A stretch of DNA of 64,000 nucleotides from contig JAUICO010000002.1 in NCBI GenBank assembly GCA_030427825.1, positions 25,634 through 89,633 of the forward strand. Direction: 5' to 3'. Both the position numbers and the translations under genes were made by a program. Below, in pieces: positions 53,701-61,700 of the stretch (positions are counted from its first letter, which is position 1; every line of letters begins with the position of its first letter). Origin of the DNA: a bacterium (GTDB lineage Bacteria; Myxococcota_A; Bradymonadia; REDH01). The notes below the pieces were generated by a model. The model was not told the DNA's origin. It did no database searches and saw nothing but the letters and a program-made list of their open reading frames with translations.

Positions 53701-56546
53701 GCTCCTGCGTCCTCGCCGGGTGTTCCGCGCCCTTCGCGGACTGCGATTCCGATTCTACGAACGGCTGCGAAGCCAACACCACGTCCGACGACAACAACTG
53801 CTCGTCCTGCGGCAATGTCTGCAATCTGCCGAACGCGACCAGCACGTGCTCGGCGTCAGAGTGCCGCATCGTGAGCTGCAACAGTGGTTTCGCGGATTGT
53901 GACGGAACCGACGCGAACGGCTGCGAAGTCGACCTGAGCGTCAACCGGAACAACTGCGGAAGCTGTGACAACGCATGCAGCGCAAACAACGGTACCGCAT
54001 TCTGCGATGGCGGCAGCTGCGCCATCCAGTCCTGCGACTCCACCCACGGTGACTGCGACGGATCTTACAGCAATGGTTGCGAGGCGCCGCTGAACATCGA
54101 CGAAGCCAACTGTGGTACCTGTGGAACCACCTGCGAATACGAAAACGGAATCGGACTCTGCACCGGCGGCAGCTGCTCGATGAGCGGTTGTCAGAGCAAC
54201 TGGGGCGACTGCGACAGCAGCAACGCCAACGGCTGCGAGACCTTCCTCGTCAACAACATCAACGACTGCGGCACCTGTGGAAACGAGTGCAGCTATCCGA
54301 ACGCCGCCGGCACGTGCAACACCACGTCGTGCGCCCTGCAGAACTGCAATCTGGGCTACGAGAACTGCGATGGCAGCGCCCTCAACGGATGCGAAGTGTT
54401 TGTCTCAGGCGACACAAACAACTGCGGTGGCTGTGGCTCGGTATGCAGCCTCTTTCAGGCCAGCGAGAACTGCACGAATGGATTCTGTGGCGTCGCGAGC
54501 TGCAACGGCGGGTTCGACAACTGCAACGGAATCCCGAGCGATGGCTGCGAGATCAACCTCAACTCTGACGTCAATAACTGCGGCAGCTGCGGAAACGTCT
54601 GCCCCTCCGCGGGTGGCACCGCGGTCTGCAACAACGGCACCTGCGGCATCTCCGGTTGCACCGCACCCCTCGCTGACTGTGACCTCGACGGCACATCGTG
54701 TGAGACAAATACCAACAACAGCGTCTCGAACTGCGGCAATTGCGGCAACGATTGCGACGCCGGCGCATCCAACGCGACGATGGAATGTGACTCGGGTGTT
54801 TGCGACATCGACCAGTGCGACACAGGTTTCGACGACTGCAACACTGTGACTTCGGATGGCTGCGAAACCAACATCACCAGTTCTCTGGCCCACTGCGGAG
54901 GATGCGGAAATGTGTGCTCTATCGGCGGCGCTGTCGAAGAATGCAGCAGCGCAACGTGCAGCTTTGTTACCTGTGACAGCGATCGTTACGACCTCGATGG
55001 CGACATGAACGACGGCTATCAGGGTGGCGACAACGGCTGTGAGTACTTCTGCACCGGTGACCCCCTGGCAACGGACTCGCCGGACTCCAACGGCACGGAC
55101 GACAACTGCGACGGCATCGACGGCGACATCGCCAACTCGATCTTCGTCGCGCGCAGCACAAACGGCGGCAGCAACTCGCACCCCGGAACTCCGGAGCAAC
55201 CGGTCGCCACCATCGCGTTCGCGATCAACGCCGCTGCGAGCTGCCCGGGCGGACCCTGCGACGTCATCGTCTCCGGCGGTACCTACGACGAGTCGATTAC
55301 AATGATTGACGGCGTGAACCTCTACGGCGGCTTTGACGCCGGCACCTGGACTCGCGACATCTCGATCAACGAGACCATCATTCGGGGCCAGTCGACCGTG
55401 GCTGTCACCGCAGACGCACTCACCACGGCGACCACACTCGACGGCTTCACCGTGCAGGGATTCGACGCCCCAGGTAGCAGCGGAGGCGCGACGATCGCTG
55501 TTCTCGTCAGCGACAGCAGCAGCAACTTCTCCATCGGCAACTGCACGATCGAAGGCGGTACCGGCGGGGACGGCGCGGATGGTGAAGACGGCACGAACGG
55601 CGCCAGCGGTCTCGCCGGTGGCTCCAGTAACAGCTCCAGCGGCGCCGCCGGTGCGACGAGCACCTGCGGTGCAGACGGCGGCGACGGCGCCAGCGGACGG
55701 GCGTGCACGGACGGCGCGCAGTCCGGCGGATCCGGCGACGCAGGCAGCGACGCCAGCAGCGGCGGCGGCGGCGGCAGCGCCGGATCAAACAGCTGCTCCT
55801 GCAGCGGCTTCTCAGGCGGTGATGGTGGCGACGGTGGCGCGGCAACGGCGGGCGGCAATGGCGCTCAGGGCGGCGCGGGCTCGAGCTCTTCGCTCTCGGC
55901 GGGCTCCTGGGTCGGCGGCGTCTGGACGCCGAGCACATCGGGCCCGGGCACTCGCGGTAAGAATGGTACCGGCGGTGGCGGTGGCGGCAGCGGCGGATCC
56001 GATCGTGACGGTCTCTTCGGCGGCTGCATCAACGCACGTACCGGCGGCGGTGGCGGCGGCGGTGGCGCCGGCGGATGTGCAGGCACAGCCGGCGGCGGCG
56101 GCACGCAGGGCGGCGCATCGTTCGCGGTGGTTGTCGTCAACTCCGTCGTCGACATCACGGATACAGAGATCAAGGTAGGTACCGGCGGCGACGGCGGTGC
56201 CGGCGGCCCCGGCGGCGATGGCGGTGCCAGCGGCGGTCTCGGCGCAGGCGCCGGCGGCTCAGGCGGCGGCTTCCTCAGCGAAGGCGCCGGCGATGGTGGC
56301 AACGGTGCAGCGGGTGGCAAAGGCGGCGGCGGTGGCGGCGGTGCCGGCGGCTGCGGTGGTCCCGCGATCGGCATTGCGCAGGTTGATGGCGGCACAGCGA
56401 ACCAGACCGCGGTGAGTTTCAGCGGCGGCACCGGCGGTGCGGTCGGCAGTGGCGGCCCCGGCGGCAGTCTCGGTGGCGACGGCGCAAACGCACCCTCGGG
56501 TGCGGACGGCTGCGTAGGCGCGGTCGAGGACACCTATACCTACTGA
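50709..56546 (+). CDS. Giant cysteine-rich surface lipoprotein (1945 aa): Cys-rich N-domain, MopE-like motif, 22 x 52-aa repeats, DUF1565-like beta-helix, Gly-rich tail
   Basis: Lipobox VLGAC; DVDGDGYG...DCDD...APEICDNIDNDCD; CGxCGxxC repeats; IFV...PGT...PVATI...GTYDE...NLYGGF; polyglycine C-terminus. Confidence 0.9.
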   Translation: MTTRFGSYGTAAAFLFVFAIAGVLGACDGCSSDPGVGETCEIDDDCADGAICDDGLCVTDIVDDVGLDTPDGDADTDLDAPEEVDSSETDGEDTDTGETDDGGDAGCDGQYQCECTTDDDCDSSLCVRTELGNLCSRLCFDDEDCADDAWECRLLRTGSGDVAEICVPIAVGLCADCETDEDCTANGSLCNALADGNFCTTDCTDSDCPEGYGCEEITRVEDGTPVSYDQCVPLLGVCGDCLDVDGDGYGTGSACLGDDCDDTLTSVYVDAPEICDNIDNDCDLENDEDYTDADGLYNSQQHCGGCGQVCAADFATVECQTAVCTLLACDDGYADCNDSLDDGCETPTASDEANCGGCGVVCDFANANGVCNTGECALISCETGWGNCDDNQANGCEEDVTDDFFNCGVCGQTCDLENAVALCDNSACSLIGCDFGWQDCNTNLDDGCEAFVVEDVLNCGTCGNICSVNNAVAGCDGGACAIAECLPGFADCNTNNLDGCEVDLGVSRDNCGACGDRCVFANGVGECDEGTCELVACNNGFSDCDGNSANGCEVDLRTDSANCGACTNICDGDNASLTCVAGDCEIASCDAGFDDCDLNANNGCEVNLATNVNNCGSCGLVCAVGGGAAACVNNVCGINSCDTGLADCDGLPGNGCETDLTTSNLHCGACFQNCTFPNGVGDCESGVCGLVGCNTGFADCNGDPIDGCEMDLRTNYNNCGTCGKVCDLADATGNCNAGTCEVIGCDLGFDDCDQVDSNGCETNLLTSTQSCGVCGTQCEVANGDPVCNGGACGVAGCDLGYGNCDGGYANGCEAEFATNEQHCGGCNIACEFENGVGACVAGGCQLVGCDIGYGDCNGEDFDGCEVDLRSSVDHCNACGNACSDNNATPQCDGGVCEVFDCEDGFEDCDANPANGCEINLNTNVSNCGGCGDICSVAGGDPECVQGSCEVSLCTGDLANCDGDPANGCEIDLNADENNCGGCDNVCSYPNGTGDCAAGSCVLAGCSAPFADCDSDSTNGCEANTTSDDNNCSSCGNVCNLPNATSTCSASECRIVSCNSGFADCDGTDANGCEVDLSVNRNNCGSCDNACSANNGTAFCDGGSCAIQSCDSTHGDCDGSYSNGCEAPLNIDEANCGTCGTTCEYENGIGLCTGGSCSMSGCQSNWGDCDSSNANGCETFLVNNINDCGTCGNECSYPNAAGTCNTTSCALQNCNLGYENCDGSALNGCEVFVSGDTNNCGGCGSVCSLFQASENCTNGFCGVASCNGGFDNCNGIPSDGCEINLNSDVNNCGSCGNVCPSAGGTAVCNNGTCGISGCTAPLADCDLDGTSCETNTNNSVSNCGNCGNDCDAGASNATMECDSGVCDIDQCDTGFDDCNTVTSDGCETNITSSLAHCGGCGNVCSIGGAVEECSSATCSFVTCDSDRYDLDGDMNDGYQGGDNGCEYFCTGDPLATDSPDSNGTDDNCDGIDGDIANSIFVARSTNGGSNSHPGTPEQPVATIAFAINAAASCPGGPCDVIVSGGTYDESITMIDGVNLYGGFDAGTWTRDISINETIIRGQSTVAVTADALTTATTLDGFTVQGFDAPGSSGGATIAVLVSDSSSNFSIGNCTIEGGTGGDGADGEDGTNGASGLAGGSSNSSSGAAGATSTCGADGGDGASGRACTDGAQSGGSGDAGSDASSGGGGGSAGSNSCSCSGFSGGDGGDGGAATAGGNGAQGGAGSSSSLSAGSWVGGVWTPSTSGPGTRGKNGTGGGGGGSGGSDRDGLFGGCINARTGGGGGGGGAGGCAGTAGGGGTQGGASFAVVVVNSVVDITDTEIKVGTGGDGGAGGPGGDGGASGGLGAGAGGSGGGFLSEGAGDGGNGAAGGKGGGGGGGAGGCGGPAIGIAQVDGGTANQTAVSFSGGTGGAVGSGGPGGSLGGDGANAPSGADGCVGAVEDTYTY
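51615..55050 (+). repeat. 22 diverged tandem ~156-bp coding repeats (8 Cys per unit)
   Basis: Consensus C-x2-C-x3-C-x8-C-x4-C-x4-C-x6-C-x7-C-x10. Unit 1 starts at 51615 and unit 22 at 54894. Confidence 0.93.
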
Positions 56547-56622
56547 TGCAGGCACAAGGAGCCGCGCGGGAAATCGCCGGCTTCCCTGGACTCCCGGCGA
56601 AGATGGGCGCTACCCTCGCTTG

Positions 56623-58635
56623 ATGCACCCTACGTGTATCAAAGCAGGCGCGCTCATTGTCGCCCTCATGCTGCCAGCGTGCGAGGGCGGGGACGCCGGC
56701 GCAGGGGACACGGGTGCGGATTCTGGTCTTGCGTCCCCGGACGCGCTGGACCCGCTCGACCCGACGGCCGGTGGCGGATCGTTGCGTGTTGATTCGATTT
56801 CGCCGGGTACATCATCCGATGGCGCCGAGCTCAGCCATGCATCGGAAACGCCCGGGCGCACTGACGGCCCGGTGGAACGGATCTTTGAGCAGGTGGATGC
56901 CGGACCGCTCGGGCAGCATGCGTTGCCTCTGCGGGATGCCGACGTACTTGGCTATGGAAACGGTGGCGCATTCATCGACGCAGACGGGGACGGCGACGAT
57001 GATCTCTTTCTCGGCAGCCCCTGCGACGCTGCCCCGGTCGCCTGTGTGTACCGAAACGACTCGACACCGGGCACGATCCAGTTTGTCCGCCACGAACCCT
57101 GGTGCTTTGACACGTTGCCGATCACAACAGCAGGTGTCGCTGCGGACCTCGACGGCGACGGGCGCGAGGAGCTGATCCTCGGCGGTATCGGAACGGCGGC
57201 GATCGTCGACTTCACATCATCAGAGCCTGAGGTTGTGGACCTGCCACCGGGCCCGTTCTTTCAGGCTGACGAGGTGTGCGCCGTCGGTTCGATCCTCCCG
57301 TGGGACGCGGATCTGGACGGCGACTTCGAGCTTCTCTTCGGCTGCCGTTTCAGCTGGACGGACGGCGGTTGCAGGGGAATCGGTGTTCAGGGTTACTCCA
57401 CCGGTCGCAACGTGGTCCTGGACCGGGTTGATGGCGCATGGACCCCGAGCAGCGGCGCCGAAGTGGACCCCCTCCTGATCGCCGACAACACTCTGGCGAT
57501 CGCGGCGATCGACGCGAACCGCGACGGCGTGATCGACCCTGCGCTCGTCAGCGACACCTTCTCAAGTGTCTCCCGCATCAACACACATTTTCCGCCCGGC
57601 GGGGTGTTCATCTCGGATGTCGGCGCGGCTGATGGGCGCCGCGCGGGACTGCTCGGCTGGGGGCGCGGCAGCGACCGGTGGGGCTCGTTCATGGGGATTG
57701 CGCAAGTCGCCGATGACGCCTGGTTTCTGACGGACTGGGGACGAAACCGCGTGGCGCGCTGGTCCCGGGCAGAGCAACGCTTCCTGCAGGACGCGGCAGA
57801 TCCCGCGCTGAACCGGCAGCCGGACACCGATGACCCTGCCTTCACCTGGGGCGCTGTTGCGGACGATCTCAACGGCGACGGCTTCACCGATCTTGTGGTC
57901 GCCCGGGGAGAACTGCCGGCCATCGCTTCAGACACCTGGCCGACCCACAACGATTTTGTCCTGCTTGGCGCGGAGCCCGGCACCGATGGTGCGATGCGTT
58001 TCCTGGACGCCGGCGAATACAGCGGCTTCGACGGTCGCGCGAGCGCCGATGCCATGGGCCGAAGCGTGGCGAAGGTTGATCTTGATGGCGACGGCGGACT
58101 CGATCTGGTCTTCATTCCCTTTGTTGGAGCGCCCACGGTCTGGTCGTCGCGCGGTGCACAGAAATTCTGCACGATTGAAGTGCGCTCCCGCTACGTGGCC
58201 GCCGCCGGATACGGGGTCGCGATGCGACGAGTCGGCAGCTCGGTCTGGAACGTTCGGGACATTCAGGGCCTCCACGGTTTCGGGGGATCTGTACGAATCC
58301 TCGCCCCTGCAGATATCGCTGCGCTGCGCTTCCCTTCGGGCGCCGAGATGGCGGTAGAGTGCGACCCCGGCGAGCGGCTGACGGTGGAGGAACCGGAGTG
58401 GCTCAGGGTACAACACGCGGGCAACCTCTGGGAGGTACGGATCGCTCAGGACGCGGTCACAGCTCCTGAAGTGGATGGCGCGTGGCAGCGAGTCGGCGCC
58501 GAGGTCTTCTGGACAGAGGGAACCCGTGTCAGCCCTACGCTGGTGCGAATAGCGGCGCTCCCCGCCGGCGAATTCCTCGTCGTTGGGACTCGCGATCGCG
58601 TCGTCGCACTCCGCTGGTTCGCGCCTGCGGAGTGA
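56623..58635 (+). CDS. FG-GAP/VCBS repeat lipoprotein (CRTAC1/ASPIC-UnbV-like)
   Basis: Lipobox LPAC; six DxD/NxDGxxD-type loops (DADGDGDDD, DLDGDGREE, DADLDGDFE, DANRDGVID, DLNGDGFTD, DLDGDGGLD); RFPSG. Confidence 0.85.
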   Translation: MHPTCIKAGALIVALMLPACEGGDAGAGDTGADSGLASPDALDPLDPTAGGGSLRVDSISPGTSSDGAELSHASETPGRTDGPVERIFEQVDAGPLGQHALPLRDADVLGYGNGGAFIDADGDGDDDLFLGSPCDAAPVACVYRNDSTPGTIQFVRHEPWCFDTLPITTAGVAADLDGDGREELILGGIGTAAIVDFTSSEPEVVDLPPGPFFQADEVCAVGSILPWDADLDGDFELLFGCRFSWTDGGCRGIGVQGYSTGRNVVLDRVDGAWTPSSGAEVDPLLIADNTLAIAAIDANRDGVIDPALVSDTFSSVSRINTHFPPGGVFISDVGAADGRRAGLLGWGRGSDRWGSFMGIAQVADDAWFLTDWGRNRVARWSRAEQRFLQDAADPALNRQPDTDDPAFTWGAVADDLNGDGFTDLVVARGELPAIASDTWPTHNDFVLLGAEPGTDGAMRFLDAGEYSGFDGRASADAMGRSVAKVDLDGDGGLDLVFIPFVGAPTVWSSRGAQKFCTIEVRSRYVAAAGYGVAMRRVGSSVWNVRDIQGLHGFGGSVRILAPADIAALRFPSGAEMAVECDPGERLTVEEPEWLRVQHAGNLWEVRIAQDAVTAPEVDGAWQRVGAEVFWTEGTRVSPTLVRIAALPAGEFLVVGTRDRVVALRWFAPAE

Positions 58636-58695
58636 AAGGCGGCGACGCATCTGACCACAGCGACCGCCGGACTGGGGTTCACATGCAATGCAGGC

Positions 58696-58742
58696 TATAA
58701 TACCGCGAACGGGGCCCGCTGACATCAGCACAAATCGGAGGA
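58696..58742 (+). promoter_or_regulatory. Consensus -10 box and RBS upstream of the second giant gene
   Basis: TATAAT at 58696-58701 and GGAGGA at 58737-58742; no clear -35. Confidence 0.45.
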
Positions 58743-58745
58743 CGA

Positions 58746-61700
58746 ATGGCAGCTCTCAACGCCATAACGCGCTCAACAGTTCTGTTTATTTCCCTCTCGA
58801 CGCTGTCACTGGCGATGCTTCCGGGGTGCGGAGGCTGTGGCGACGACGCCCCGGGTGAGACAACCTGTGAGCTGGCCTCGGATTGCGGGATCGGAAGCAG
58901 CTGCATCGATGGGATCTGCGTGGTGGCTGACGCCTCTGTGGATGCGGACACCGACGTGGAAGGAGACATCGAAACCGATACCGATATTGATGTCGTCGAT
59001 GATGAAGACATCCTTGATGAAGACACCGGGACCTGCGCGCCGGGCGCATACCAGTGCGACTGCGAGCTGGACATCGACTGCGACTCCGGCACCTGTATCT
59101 CGACGAGCATCGGCGACGTCTGTTCGCGCCCCTGCTCGGAAGATGCCGATTGCGCGGACCCCGACTGGGAATGCCGCCTCCTTCAGACTTCGGGCGGCGA
59201 TGTCGCAGAGCTCTGCGTTCCGGCCAGAACCGAACTCTGCAACCCCTGCGAGGTGGACATCGACTGCGACGGCTTCAACACGCTGTGTACGGTGCTCGGA
59301 GACGGAAGTTTCTGCACCACGGACTGCTCTGCGACAGCCACGTGTCCCGAAGGATTCTCCTGCGAGACGGTCAGCCGCGTAGAGGGCGGCGAGCCGGTCA
59401 ACTACCAGCAGTGTGAGCCGGTGCTTGGGATCTGCGGCGACTGCCTGGACGAGGACGGTGACGGATTCGGAACCGGCTCCGGCTGCGCCGGCCCGGACTG
59501 CGATGACACCCTCGATACGGTCTACGACGGAGCCCCCGAGATCTGCGACGGCTTCGACAACGACTGTGACAACAGCACAGATGAAGACTTTGTGCTGGAA
59601 ACGAGCCTCGTTCACTGTGGCACCTGCGGAAACGCCTGCGACGCCGCCGACGCCACCTCCGAGTGCGTCTCCGGCGCCTGTGCCATCGTCAGCTGCGCGG
59701 AGGGCCTCGGCGACTGCGACCTTGAGTATGCAAACGGATGCGAGTCGAACACGAACACAGACGCGCAGAACTGCGGTACCTGCGGCGAGGCCTGCGAATA
59801 TGCGAACGGCGTTGGCGCCTGCAACGCCGGGGCCTGCGAGCTGGCCGGGTGCACGCAGGGCTTCTCAGACTGCGACGGCGACCCGACGAACGGATGTGAG
59901 GTCGAATCTGCGAGCGACGACAACAACTGCGGCGGCTGCGGAAATGTATGCTCAGATGCCGGCGGCGAGACGGAATGCACCAACGGCGTATGTACACTGA
60001 CGAACTGCGACGAAGGCTTTGCAGACTGTGACGCGATCGCGTCCAACGGCTGTGAAGTCAGCACCGACGTCAACGCATTGAACTGCGGTGTCTGTGGAAA
60101 CATCTGTACCGCGGACAACGGCAACCCGGTGTGCGTGGACGGAATCTGCGGCGTCGACGATTGTGACAGCGGGTTCGCCGATTGTGACAGCGACCCTTCA
60201 AACGGTTGCGAAGCGGTGCTTGACTCAAGCATCGTCAACTGCGGCGCCTGTGCTCTTGCGTGTACCTACCCGAACGGCATCGCGACCTGCGAGCAGGGAA
60301 CCTGTGCGCTTGCGGGCTGCAACAACGGCTACGCCGACTGCGACGGTGACCCGACCAACGGCTGCGAAGTGAGCCTGACGGACGACGAGGACAACTGCTC
60401 CGCATGCGGCAGCGCGTGCTCGCAGAACAACGCGAACACGGAGTGCGTCAACGCCGAGTGCACGATCATGGACTGCAGCGGTGGCTACGCAGACTGCAAC
60501 TCGTTGGCTGTAGATGGCTGCGAGATTGAGACGGATTCAAACATCAACAACTGCGGCACCTGTCTGCAGGTGTGCACCGCCCCGAACGGCGTTCCGATCT
60601 GCGATGGAGGGACCTGCGAGATCGGTGCCTGCGACCCGGGTTTCGTGAACTGCGACGGCAACCTCGCGACCGGGTGCGAGACAAACGTTACCACCGAGCT
60701 CGCCAACTGCGGCGCCTGCGGTGCCGTGTGCGAGTTTGACAATGGTGTTCCCGCCTGCAACGCGGGTACCTGCGCGCTGGCGGCCTGCAACGTAGGCTTC
60801 GCGGACTGTGATGGTGACCCGACCAACGGCTGCGAGGTTGACCTCAACGCGGACACCGCCAATTGCGGCACCTGCGACACCGTGTGTGTTGAAACCAACG
60901 GCGTCGCTGCCTGCACCGCCGGCGTCTGCGAGATCACCGGCTGCGATGCAAACTTCGCCAACTGCGACGGCGTGGCGCAGAACGGCTGTGAAGTGAACCT
61001 GCTGTCCGACGTCGAGAACTGCGCCGCGTGCGATACGGAATGTGTCGGAGACGGAACCGGTGATCCGGCGTGCCTCAACGGCGTGTGTGGTTTGGACAAC
61101 TGCGACGACGGGCTTGCCGACTGCGACGGAGACGGAACCACCTGTGAGATCAACCTCACGACCGACGCGAACAACTGCGGTAGCTGCTCAAACGTGTGCA
61201 GCTACGCAAACGGCAGCGGCGCGTGTGTGGGTGGAAGCTGCGAGCTGGTCGCCTGCGACGCCGGCTTCGATGACTGCGATGCCGACCCGAGCAACGGCTG
61301 CGAGACCTCGCTGGAAAACAACAACTTTGCGTGCGGTGCCTGCGGTCAGAACTGCGACATCGAAAACGGATTCGCCCTCTGCAACGGGACCAGCTGCTCA
61401 CTGCTTGGCTGCGATTTCGGCTGGCAGGATTGCGATGGAAACATCGACAATGGCTGCGAGGTCAATGTACTCGACAGCGTCACCAGCTGTGGCGGCTGCG
61501 GCAATGTGTGCAATGTAGCGAACGCGAACGCCACCTGCGCCGGCGGCGTGTGCGGAGTCGGGAGCTGCTTCGCAGGGTTCGACGATTGCGACCTGCTGCC
61601 GACGAACGGTTGTGAAACGAACCTGTCGGAGAACGACACGAACTGCGGCGTGTGCGGAAACTCGTGCACCTACCCTCAGGGCGCAGGTGAGTGTCTGGAC

